Of a DNA stretch of 64,000 bases, positions 20,999 to 29,930 are shown piece after piece. The DNA is taken from positions 160,001 to 224,000 of the forward strand of contig DASCPX010000129.1 of the NCBI GenBank assembly GCA_036012755.1. Direction: 5' to 3'. The translations under genes and the position numbers were made by a program. Numbering within the stretch: position 1 is the first letter of the stretch; every line of letters begins with the position of its first letter. The notes below the pieces were generated by a model. That model did not search any database. It was given only the letters and a program-made list of their open reading frames with translations, and was not told the DNA's origin. The stretch is from Myxococcota bacterium. Its GTDB lineage: Bacteria; Myxococcota_A; UBA796; CAJQPC01.

Positions 20999-23900
20999 AT
21001 GACCCTTCTACTTTCCCTGGTGTTGTCGTCTGCGCTCGCCGAAGACGACGGTGACGTACGCCGAGCACGCCGCACTGTCGACGTCGAGATGGCGGAGCGC
21101 GCCGCCCAGACCGAGCTCGCCAAGGCCGAGGCCACCCGGAAGCGCCACCTCGAGATGGAAGCCGCCGAGCGGTTGCTGTCCGAGAACCGCAGCCTGTCCT
21201 CCGACCAGCGGGCCGATCTGATGCTGCGCCTGGCAGACCTCTACTTCCGCGAGGGGCGGGCGTCCTACCTGGACGAGATGCTCCCCTACACCGAAGCGGT
21301 GGATGCGTGCTTCGACGACCCGGACTGCCCGGACACCTCCAACATCGTGCCGGACCACACGGAGTCCTCCGGGTGGCACGCGAAGAGCATCCGACTGTAT
21401 CGGATCATCCTGGACAACTACCCTCACTACCCCCGCGCGGACGAGGCCCAGTTCTACCTGGCGAGCGCGCTGGATGACCTCGACCGCGACGACGAAGCCC
21501 TGAAGGAGTACGTGCGGCTGGTCCGGTCCTACCCGGAGTCGACCTACGCCCCGAACGCCTACATGATGATTGGGGAGATCCAGTTCGAGGAGGGCGAGGT
21601 CTATCGGGCGCTGCTCGCCTACAAGAAGACGACCGCCTATCGCCACCACCAGTACTACAGCCTGGCTCTCTACAAGCTGGCCTGGTGCTACTACAACGTC
21701 GGCGAGTACGGGCTCGCCCTCGACACGCTCAAGAGGGTCATCACGTGGTCCGACGACACCCTCGAGGGCAAGGACAACCGAGGCGCCTTCGATCTGCGCG
21801 AGGACGCCTACCGCGACCTCGTGCGTTTCTGTGCCGACGGTGGCGACCTCGACGAGTGCGTGCACTTCATCAAGGCCCGCGGGCGCGACGACCTCGTGCG
21901 AGACACCATGGTCAGGCTGGGCTCGACCTACTTGGAGCAGGGCAAGAACGAAGAGGCCATGCGGCTCTACAAGCGTCTCATCGCCTCTGACCCGACACAC
22001 CTCGACGCTGCCGGATATCAGGGGGAGATCGTTCAGATATCTGTGAGGATGGGGCGCGTAGAGGAGACCGTCGACGAGCTGAACCGGCTGCGGCGCGACT
22101 ACGGAGGTACGTCCTCGTGGGCTCAGGCCAACGCGGTGGAGCCCGAGGAGGTCCAGGAGGTCCAGGACCAGACCGCGAGGCGCATCGCGAAGACGGCGAT
22201 CGAGTGGCAGAAGGAGGCCCGGAGGCTGGGAACGGGTCCTCGAGCCAAGCGTCTCTACGAAGCCTCTGACTCGCTCTACGCGGTCTATCGAAGGGACTTC
22301 CCGGAGGGCGAGCACCTCTACGACGTGACCTTCGCTCATGCCGAGCTCCAGTACGTCACCGGGCAGAAGGAGCTGGCCTTCTTCAGCTACATGGCGGTGC
22401 TCGAGATGGACCACCGGGGCAAGAGCTCGCTGTTCGCGGCGGAGGCTGCCATCAAGACCGCCGGAGTGCTCGCGGGCACACCCGGCGCCCCAGATGGCAG
22501 GGACGTCATTGCCCTCGACGAGTGGGAGGCGAACTATCTCAGGGCCTTGGATCGCTACGCCGAGCTCTATCCGGAGGGGGAGAAGCGCCAGTTCGCTCTC
22601 TACAAGGCCGCCTGGCTGCTCTATCACCACAACGACTTCGTCAAGGCCGCCGAGCGCTTCCGCGTCGTCATCGCGCTGGATCCCAGGTCCAAGGAGGCCG
22701 AGTACGCCGCCAACCTGATCCTCGACGGCCTCGCGCTGGTGGAGGACTGGGGGACGCTGCGGGAGACGGCGCTCTACTTCTTCGAGATGGATGGTCTCGG
22801 GGGCACGACCTTCAAGCAGACCTGCGCCAACGTCTACGAGCGGGCCAGCTTCAAGCTCATCGAGGTCGACCGGGAGCAGAGTGGAGACGACGTGGCAGCG
22901 GCGGACGCGCTGGTCGCCTTTGCGGGCGAGTTTCCGCAGAGCGACGTCGCGGACCTCGCCCTGAACAACGCCGCGGTCTGGTTCACCGAGGGCGGCCGGA
23001 GAGCCGATGCGATGCGGACCCGGCGGCTGCTCCTCGACGGCTATCCGACGACCCGCTTCGCCGCGGACACCATCGTGGCGCTGGCCTTCGACCACGAGGC
23101 CATCGGGCGCTTCGAGCGCTCCGCGGAGCTCTACGAGGCCCTGGCCGCGGAATACCCCAAGCACGACAGCGCCACCACCGCCCTCTACTCCGCGGCCTTG
23201 TTCCGCAAGGCGCTTGGCCAGAACGAGCAGGCCCTCGACGACACGCGCAGGCTCCTCGCGATGGACCCGGACCGGGATGACGCTCGGATCCTGGAGCTGC
23301 AGGTCGCGCGGCTCCACCGGGCCCTCGGAGACGAGCGGGCGGCGGAGGGGACCCTGCGGGTGATGCTCGCGGCCGATCCGGACCCCGAGCTGCGCATGGT
23401 CGCCTACCTGGAGCTCTCAGAGGTCGCTGGTGACCCGGCGGCCGTCCGCGCAGAGGCGCTGGCCTATGTGGTCGAGGAAGGGCTCGATTCGCCACAAGTC
23501 AAGGAGATCGCGGGACGTCTGCGCTTCGAGCAGGGTGCGGACGACTGGAAGGCGTACACAGAGCTGCGCATCCCCGGTCCCTCCACCATCGGCTCGCCGA
23601 AGCAGCAGAACATCGTCCTCGCGGACCAGCTCCTGCGCAAGACGGAGTCGCTCGCGACGATCGAGGCGCACTCCGCGGCTGTCATCGAGACCGGCTCGGG
23701 CCCCTGGGGTGTGGCCGCGCTGGTCCGTCTCGGCGCTGCATACGAGGACTACGCGGTGACCATCGAGGAGAGCTGGATTCCCGACTACCTCACCGAGGAG
23801 CAGAAGGGGATGTACCGGCAGGACCTCGCCGACCGGTCCGCGTTGATCCGACTGAAGAGCCAGGCAGCCTACGAAGCGGCGATGGCCGAGGCGATCCGAC

Positions 23901-24049
23901 TCGACGTCTACGACGACTCGGCCGAGACCGCGCGGCTCAGGCTGCAGGAGCTGGATCCCGACAGTCACCAGCCCACCTACGAGGTGCTTCCGGAGAAGAC
24001 CTGGACCAGCGGCGTCACCGTGCGCGCCGGCTTCGAGGAGGAGCTGTGA
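20999..24049 (+). CDS. large exported TPR protein, GltD/AgmU-like
   Basis: About 1000 aa, signal peptide; YPRADEAQFYLA, YPESTYAPNAYMMIGE, ALYKLAWCYYN TPR repeats resemble myxobacterial GltD-type proteins. Confidence 0.65.
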   Translation: MTLLLSLVLSSALAEDDGDVRRARRTVDVEMAERAAQTELAKAEATRKRHLEMEAAERLLSENRSLSSDQRADLMLRLADLYFREGRASYLDEMLPYTEAVDACFDDPDCPDTSNIVPDHTESSGWHAKSIRLYRIILDNYPHYPRADEAQFYLASALDDLDRDDEALKEYVRLVRSYPESTYAPNAYMMIGEIQFEEGEVYRALLAYKKTTAYRHHQYYSLALYKLAWCYYNVGEYGLALDTLKRVITWSDDTLEGKDNRGAFDLREDAYRDLVRFCADGGDLDECVHFIKARGRDDLVRDTMVRLGSTYLEQGKNEEAMRLYKRLIASDPTHLDAAGYQGEIVQISVRMGRVEETVDELNRLRRDYGGTSSWAQANAVEPEEVQEVQDQTARRIAKTAIEWQKEARRLGTGPRAKRLYEASDSLYAVYRRDFPEGEHLYDVTFAHAELQYVTGQKELAFFSYMAVLEMDHRGKSSLFAAEAAIKTAGVLAGTPGAPDGRDVIALDEWEANYLRALDRYAELYPEGEKRQFALYKAAWLLYHHNDFVKAAERFRVVIALDPRSKEAEYAANLILDGLALVEDWGTLRETALYFFEMDGLGGTTFKQTCANVYERASFKLIEVDREQSGDDVAAADALVAFAGEFPQSDVADLALNNAAVWFTEGGRRADAMRTRRLLLDGYPTTRFAADTIVALAFDHEAIGRFERSAELYEALAAEYPKHDSATTALYSAALFRKALGQNEQALDDTRRLLAMDPDRDDARILELQVARLHRALGDERAAEGTLRVMLAADPDPELRMVAYLELSEVAGDPAAVRAEALAYVVEEGLDSPQVKEIAGRLRFEQGADDWKAYTELRIPGPSTIGSPKQQNIVLADQLLRKTESLATIEAHSAAVIETGSGPWGVAALVRLGAAYEDYAVTIEESWIPDYLTEEQKGMYRQDLADRSALIRLKSQAAYEAAMAEAIRLDVYDDSAETARLRLQELDPDSHQPTYEVLPEKTWTSGVTVRAGFEEEL

Positions 24050-24879
24050 TGTTGTTGCTGCTGGCCTGTGTCAAGCTCACCGTCATCGAACCGTTGGCCG
24101 CGCCGCACCTCGAAGAGGTCGCTGAAGTGGTCGAGATCGTTACCGTCGAGGTCACCGATCCAGCGACCCTCTACTCTCGGATCGCAGCTGATGGCGCTGA
24201 TGGAGAGGCCTGGATGGCCCTGGCGCGGTGGCACTTCCAAGAGGGCAAGATCGACGTCGCCGAGATCTGCGCCAGCCGGGCGGCCGCGCTCGGCGTCACC
24301 GACCCATCGCTGGACAACGACCGTGGCGTCGCCGCGCTGGAGGCGGGTGACACCCCGCGGGCGCTGCGGTCCTTCCGAGATGCCCTCGAGGCGGACCCTG
24401 GGCACGTCGACGCGAACCTGAACATCGCGGCGCTGGCTCTGCGCGCCGCCGACTTCGACGAGGCGCGCTCGCGCTTCTCGGTCGTCTTGAGGCAAGACCC
24501 GACACACGAGGAGGCCATGATAGGCCTGGGCGCTGCCCTTGCTGGTCTAGGCGAGATCGACGCGGCCATCGCCGAGATCGACGGCTACCTGGTCGCCGCC
24601 CACGCGCCGGACCCGGACGCCTACCGCCTGCGGGACTCGCTGGTGCTGGCTCGGGATGCGGAAGTGCAGGCCCTGGTCGTCAAGCGCATGGCCGAGAAGC
24701 AGGCCGAGGCGGACGCCTCCTTCCTGGCTGGCTACCTCGAGGGGCTCGAGGGCTGTGACCCCCTGATCCTCGACCACTTTCGAGAGGTCGTCGCCAAGGG
24801 GGACCCTGCCGAGCTAGCCAGCACCGTCGCCTACGTCAACGAGGATCCGGACGGGCTGAGGTCGATGATCTGTCCATGA
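24049..24879 (+). CDS. TPR lipoprotein, possibly GltE/AglT-like
   Basis: MLLLLAC; NDRGVAAL, ANLNIAAL, AMIGLGAAL TPR motifs; coupled to the upstream TPR gene. Confidence 0.65.
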   Translation: MLLLLACVKLTVIEPLAAPHLEEVAEVVEIVTVEVTDPATLYSRIAADGADGEAWMALARWHFQEGKIDVAEICASRAAALGVTDPSLDNDRGVAALEAGDTPRALRSFRDALEADPGHVDANLNIAALALRAADFDEARSRFSVVLRQDPTHEEAMIGLGAALAGLGEIDAAIAEIDGYLVAAHAPDPDAYRLRDSLVLARDAEVQALVVKRMAEKQAEADASFLAGYLEGLEGCDPLILDHFREVVAKGDPAELASTVAYVNEDPDGLRSMICP

Positions 24880-24895
24880 GTTAGCTCTGGCGGCG

Positions 24896-25306
24896 ATGCC
24901 GTACGTCCACCCCGTCCAGATCTACTATGAGGACACCGATCACTCGGGCGTCGTCTACCACGCCAACTATCTCAAGTACTTCGAGCGAGCGCGGGAGCAC
25001 TTGCTGGGTGTGGACGAGCTCGTCCGGCTCTGGGAGGAAGAGGGCATCGGCTTCGTCGTCTACCAGGTCCGGGTCAAGTTCCGCGAAGGCGCTCGTCACG
25101 GCCGGACCTACGAGATCCGCACATCCCTGAAGCAAGGGAGCCCCTTCCGGGCGATCTTCACGCAGCAGGTGTGGGAGCCCGGGGGCAGCTCGTGGATGGT
25201 CGATGGCGAGGTGGAGCTCTGCTGCGTCGACCGCGAGGGCAAGCTGGTGCAACTGCCCGGCTCTGTTCAGACCCTCATCGCGACGGTGCTGTCAGAGCCT
25301 GCTTGA
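24896..25306 (+). CDS. ybgC: YbgC/FadM family acyl-CoA thioesterase
   Basis: YYEDTDHSGVVYHANYLKYFERAR signature. Confidence 0.85.
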   Translation: MPYVHPVQIYYEDTDHSGVVYHANYLKYFERAREHLLGVDELVRLWEEEGIGFVVYQVRVKFREGARHGRTYEIRTSLKQGSPFRAIFTQQVWEPGGSSWMVDGEVELCCVDREGKLVQLPGSVQTLIATVLSEPA

Positions 25307-25418
25307 GCTCGACGATGGCGGGCTCGAAGTCGACGCCGGTCACCTTCCAGCCTTCCTCGGTCTTCTCCATGTCTGCCACCAGGAAGGTCTCGGTCTCGTA
25401 GGCGACGATCGGCAGCAT
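25275..25418 (-). pseudogene. 3' remnant of an unknown gene
   Basis: Strong coding-like codon usage (MLPIVAYETETFLVADMEKTEEGWKVTGVDFEPAIVELKQAL) that stops at the start of the opposite-strand TPR fragment. Confidence 0.4.
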
Positions 25419-25433
25419 CAGCGTCGTGGCCAG

Positions 25434-26414
25434 GTGCTGCGCAACAGGACCGAGGCGCTCCTCGAGCGCAGTCGATACGAGGAGGCCATCGCGGTCGCCG
25501 ACCGGGTGCTGCAGCATCGAGAGCGCCCGGGCTGGGGCTACCTGGCCGCGAAGGCCATCGCCTGCCGGGGCCGCGGCCATCGAGCGATGGGGAGCTACGA
25601 CGAGGCGGCAGAGGACCTGGAGCTTGCGGTGGGTCTCTTCCGCGAGTTGGGCGAGCAGCACGCCGCGGCCCATGCACTTCATGGCCTTGGTCTCGTAGAC
25701 AAGATCCAGGGTCGCCTGGAGCTGGCCGAGGAGCGGGTCGCGGAGGCTCTCGAGATCCTGATTCGCCACGGCGCCGCCGAAAACCCGATCGGGAGCGCCT
25801 GGATGTCGAGGGGCAGCATCGCCCTGGTCGCGGGTCAGCTCGATCTCGCCGAGCGCTGTGTGACCGAGGCACTCCGCATCGGCCGGGAGCTCGGCATGGA
25901 CATCCTGACCGCTTCTGCGTTGGCGGGACTGGCCGAGATCGACCGGGAGCTGGGACGTCTGGACCAGGCCGAGACGAGGTACGAAGAAGCCTGGCGGATG
26001 CTGAGGGAGGCCGGGCTCGGTCGAGCTCTCGTCGTACGGCTCAACCTCGGCATCGTGTACGGACTGCGCGGTGACCATGGACGGTCCCGGTCCACGCTCC
26101 TGGAGATCCAGCGGGCTGTGCGTCGCCAGGGGAGGAAGGGCCTGGACGGGGTCTGCGCCGGGTTGGTGCTGCCTGCCTGTGTGGGGCTCGGCCGCCTGGA
26201 CGAAGCGGCGGAGCAGCTGGCGCTGGCCCGGGAGATCCTGGATGTGCTCGGGGTAGCGGAGCCCGACGTCGCGCGAGCAGCGGAGATGGCGGCGGCCGCC
26301 TGCTCCGGTGAGCTGTCCCAGGGCTGTCTGGAGCTCGCCGAGAGCCAGTGGGGCCGGGCTCGGCGAGAGGATGACCGGGCGCGGGTCGCGGCGGCTCTGG
26401 CTCTGGTTCGCTAG
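25434..26414 (+). CDS. TPR protein (MalT-like TPRs), probably 5'-truncated
   Basis: AHALHGLGLVD..QGRL, ASALAGLAEIDR.LGRL, LNLGIV; no RBS or intergenic space upstream. Confidence 0.6.
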   Translation: MLRNRTEALLERSRYEEAIAVADRVLQHRERPGWGYLAAKAIACRGRGHRAMGSYDEAAEDLELAVGLFRELGEQHAAAHALHGLGLVDKIQGRLELAEERVAEALEILIRHGAAENPIGSAWMSRGSIALVAGQLDLAERCVTEALRIGRELGMDILTASALAGLAEIDRELGRLDQAETRYEEAWRMLREAGLGRALVVRLNLGIVYGLRGDHGRSRSTLLEIQRAVRRQGRKGLDGVCAGLVLPACVGLGRLDEAAEQLALAREILDVLGVAEPDVARAAEMAAAACSGELSQGCLELAESQWGRARREDDRARVAAALALVR

Positions 26415-26821
26415 GGTCTGCCCTGGCCGTGCATCAGCACGGAGATCTTCGAGAGCTGTGCCGTCCAGACCTCCTCCAGCTCTGGGGACCAGCCCGAGTC
26501 CCCCAGCTGCGAGAGGGCGTCGACGAGGCACCCGCACACCTGGTCGTACATCTCCGGCGTGACCTTCCAGTCGACGTGGGCGCGACCGAGCGCGCGGAGC
26601 TGGAGCGCGACCCACTCGGCGTCCTCGACGTACATGGAGTCGTGCACTCCAGCGAGGATCTGGGTCAGCATCTGGGTCCGCTGGGTGGACTCCGGGCCGA
26701 AGCTGTCCATCAAGCTCGGGTGGCGGGTCTCGAGCAAGCCGTAGAAGACCACCCCGAGCTCGTCGGTGCGATCGGCGATGTTCTCGAGATGGCGCATGAG
26801 GATGGGCTGGGAGTCGGTCAT
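26411..26821 (-). CDS. single-domain globin
   Basis: FY..L..RHPSL...F (B10 Tyr, CD1 Phe); LRALGRAH (F8 His); VTPEMYDQV; WSPELEEVW. Confidence 0.8.
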   Translation of the reverse strand: MTDSQPILMRHLENIADRTDELGVVFYGLLETRHPSLMDSFGPESTQRTQMLTQILAGVHDSMYVEDAEWVALQLRALGRAHVDWKVTPEMYDQVCGCLVDALSQLGDSGWSPELEEVWTAQLSKISVLMHGQGRP

Positions 26822-26881
26822 GGTGCCCCCATAACGAGGCGGTCCCGAGCCGACCGTCTGCCCGCGACGTATGCTCCCGCG

Positions 26882-27823
26882 ATGATCCTGTGGACCCTCG
26901 CCTGCACCGCTTCTTCAGATGAGCGGACCCCCGTGCCCGACACGGACGCCGCCGTCGACTCCCAGCCCCTGCCGGACCCGATGGAGCTGGGCAGCCGGGT
27001 CTCCGAGGACAACCTCACTGCCACCATCGGGGCTCTTCAGGACATGGGGACGCGGTACACGGCGACGCAGGGAAACAGCGACGCCCGGGACTGGCTGACC
27101 ATGCAGCTCGAGGACTACGGTTACCTGGTCGAAGAGGACCCCTTCTCCTTCGACGGGACCGACGCGGTCAATCTCGTCGCGCGCAAGGAGGGCTCCGCCT
27201 CTCCGGACGCGGTCTGGATCCTCTCGGCCCATTACGACTCGACCTCCACCCAAGCCGCGACCAACGCTCCTGGCGCCGACGACAACGCCTCCGGTGTCGC
27301 CGTGGTCCTGGAAGCGGCGCGGATCCTCGCAGAGGTGGAGCTCGAAGACAGCGTGTGGTTCGTCCTCACCGGTGCCGAGGAGCAAGGGAGCAAGGGCTCC
27401 GCCCACATGGTCGACTGGCTCGACGCGCAGGGGGTCGAGGTCCAGGGCGTGATGGCCCCCGACATGGTCGGCTACTGGCCGTTGGGCGAAGGTGACGCGA
27501 TGGACATCCTCGGTGACTCCGACTCTCAGTTCCTCGTGGACCACATGGCCGCGATGGCCGACGCGATGGGGGTGGCCAACAAGACGTGGATCCGACACGG
27601 TTACTGCTACGGCGATGATCACACGAACTTCCAGGAGGCCGGCTACCCGGCGATCTCGCCCATGGACTGCGTCGAGGCTCACAACGTCCCCTCGTCCGGT
27701 GAGGAGCTACCTCACTACCACCAGACCACTGACAGCCTGGACACGCTGCACATGCCCTTCACGACCCGGGTCGCGCAGGTGATGGTCGCTACCGTCGCGG
27801 ACTGGGCGGAGCCCATGCGCTGA
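26882..27823 (+). CDS. M28 family metallopeptidase, lipoprotein
   Basis: SAHYDS, GADDNASG, AEEQG, YH..TD; MILWTLAC. Confidence 0.9.
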   Translation: MILWTLACTASSDERTPVPDTDAAVDSQPLPDPMELGSRVSEDNLTATIGALQDMGTRYTATQGNSDARDWLTMQLEDYGYLVEEDPFSFDGTDAVNLVARKEGSASPDAVWILSAHYDSTSTQAATNAPGADDNASGVAVVLEAARILAEVELEDSVWFVLTGAEEQGSKGSAHMVDWLDAQGVEVQGVMAPDMVGYWPLGEGDAMDILGDSDSQFLVDHMAAMADAMGVANKTWIRHGYCYGDDHTNFQEAGYPAISPMDCVEAHNVPSSGEELPHYHQTTDSLDTLHMPFTTRVAQVMVATVADWAEPMR

Positions 27824-27839
27824 GCTTCACCTTCGTGGG

Positions 27840-29930
27840 TCAGGGCCCGACGTGGATGCGCGACCTCCCGACGGTGAGGCCGTCGACTTCCAACACGATC
27901 TCGTGAGCCCCCGCCTCGGGAACCCACCGCGCCGCTGCATCCTCGGCCACGACGACACCGTCGATGGACCACCGGACGTCAGAGCCCCGCGGTGCTGTCG
28001 CCCTGAGCGCGATGGCCTGCTGCTCCCTGGGACGGTCGGCTTCGACGTACCAGGTCGTGCCGTCCTCTGGGCTGATCAGGGCAGGTCCTGGACCAGCCCC
28101 GTGTTCGCAGGTCTCGGTGGGCGCGGTGCCCGGAAGGAAGCGCTCCAGGATGGCGTTGTCACAGTCCGGGCCTCGCCGCTCTCCGGTCTCCGGGCAGATG
28201 GGTCCCTCGACCAGGCTGGGATGCCCAAACTCCTCGTTCCGTCCTGTGTGAACGATCTCAGCTACCTGCCGTAGGATCGGTCCGGCCCCGCTGATGCCGC
28301 TCACGTTCACCATCGGCGAGCCGTCGAAGTTGCCGACCCAGACCCCGACCACCACCTCCGAGGTGACGCCCACGGCCCAGTTGTCGCGCCAACCGACGCT
28401 AGTTCCCGTCTTGGCGGCCATCGGGAAGTCCGGCTCCAGGACGGAGTCCACTCCAAAAGCGGCAGCCCTGGCGTCGGGGTCGTCGAGGACGTCCAGGACC
28501 AGGGCTGCTGCAGCTGGGTCTCCTACCGTCCGGGCTCGGGACCGTGGGTCCCCGGGCTGCCGGCGAAGGGGTCGCACGCGGCCTCCGTTCGCCAGGGCGA
28601 CGTATGCGGCGACCAGTTCGTCCAGCCTGACCTCGCCATCACCCAGCGCGAGGGCCAGGCCGTAGTGGTCGGCCCGCTCCGACAAGGTGCTGAGCCCGAG
28701 GTCCTGCAGGCGCCGGTGGAGCTCCGCCACGCCGACCATCTCCAGGACCCGCACCGCCGGCAGGTTGCGGCTGCTGGCGAGGGCTACGCGGGCGCGTACG
28801 GGCCCGTAGAAGGTCTCGTCGTAGTTCGTCGGTGACCACGTTCCGTGGGTCGTCGACCAGCTCCCCGGGAGGTCATCTACCAGTGAAGCCATCGTGATCG
28901 TTCTGGTTTCCAGTCCAAGCCAGTAGACGAAGGGCTTCAGCGCGGAGCCCGGGGAGCGCTCCGCCATGACGCCGTCCACCTGACCGTCATCGGCCTCCCA
29001 GTCCGCGGAGCCGACATAGGCCAGGATCTCCGCCGTCTCGCGGTCGACGACGATGACAGCGGCGTGGTCGACGTTGCGGTCCTCGAGGTCACGAAGAGCC
29101 GCGGCGATGATGGCCTCGACGTCCTCTTGGAGGTCGAGGTCGAGGGTCGTAGGGTTGTCCCCCGGCGAGAGCTCCAGGGTGCGAACGAAGTGCGGCGCGT
29201 GGCCGTATGGAAGCTCCGTGCGGAGCGCGAGTGGCTCCGACCGTGCCACCGCCAGATCTTCGATCGAGGCCCACCCGAGCGTCTCGACGCGCTCCAGCAC
29301 CCGGTCCCGCGCCGCGAGGGCCTCCAGGGGGGCCTTCCACGGATCGAGCTCGCTGGGGCGGCGAGGGAGGGCGGCGAGCACAGCAGCCTCTGCCAGCGAG
29401 AGGTGAGCCGGTTCCTTGTCGAAGTAGGTCTGCGATGCAGCCTCGACTCCCCAGGCGAGGTGACCGAAGTAGACCCGGTTCGCGTAGGCCTCGAGGAGCT
29501 CGTCCTTGGAGAGCCGAAGCTCCAGGCGAAGCGCTGTCCCGGCCTCCCAGAGCTTGCCGCGCAGACCTGGTGGACGCGTCCACGCCGTGCGCACGAGCTG
29601 CTGGGTGATCGTGCTGCCACCCTGTACGATCTCAGCACCTTGGAGGTTGACCACCGTCGCGCGAGCGATTCCGATGGGATCGATGCCGGGGTGGTAGCGA
29701 AAGCGATGGTCCTCTGCAGCCAACAGGGCGATCTCGAGCACCTCCGGCAAGGAGGACACTGGCCCGCCCGCCCGAGCACCGGGCCCGGGCAGCTCGGCGA
29801 TGGTCTGGTCGTTTCGGTCCAGCACCCGCGGTGACTCCGGAGCTTCAGGCAGGGGGTCCATCGGCCAGCCGAGGAACACCAGGACGGCCGCGGCCCCGGC
29901 GGCAATGCCGATGCGAAGGCCTCGCTTCAC
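27840..29930 (-). CDS. pbpC: penicillin-binding protein 1C
   Basis: EDHRF and GGSTITQQ (glycosyltransferase); SALK, SRN, KTG (transpeptidase); PBP1C-type C-terminal domain; GTGA coupling to the upstream gene. Confidence 0.85.
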   Translation of the reverse strand: MKRGLRIGIAAGAAAVLVFLGWPMDPLPEAPESPRVLDRNDQTIAELPGPGARAGGPVSSLPEVLEIALLAAEDHRFRYHPGIDPIGIARATVVNLQGAEIVQGGSTITQQLVRTAWTRPPGLRGKLWEAGTALRLELRLSKDELLEAYANRVYFGHLAWGVEAASQTYFDKEPAHLSLAEAAVLAALPRRPSELDPWKAPLEALAARDRVLERVETLGWASIEDLAVARSEPLALRTELPYGHAPHFVRTLELSPGDNPTTLDLDLQEDVEAIIAAALRDLEDRNVDHAAVIVVDRETAEILAYVGSADWEADDGQVDGVMAERSPGSALKPFVYWLGLETRTITMASLVDDLPGSWSTTHGTWSPTNYDETFYGPVRARVALASSRNLPAVRVLEMVGVAELHRRLQDLGLSTLSERADHYGLALALGDGEVRLDELVAAYVALANGGRVRPLRRQPGDPRSRARTVGDPAAAALVLDVLDDPDARAAAFGVDSVLEPDFPMAAKTGTSVGWRDNWAVGVTSEVVVGVWVGNFDGSPMVNVSGISGAGPILRQVAEIVHTGRNEEFGHPSLVEGPICPETGERRGPDCDNAILERFLPGTAPTETCEHGAGPGPALISPEDGTTWYVEADRPREQQAIALRATAPRGSDVRWSIDGVVVAEDAAARWVPEAGAHEIVLEVDGLTVGRSRIHVGP

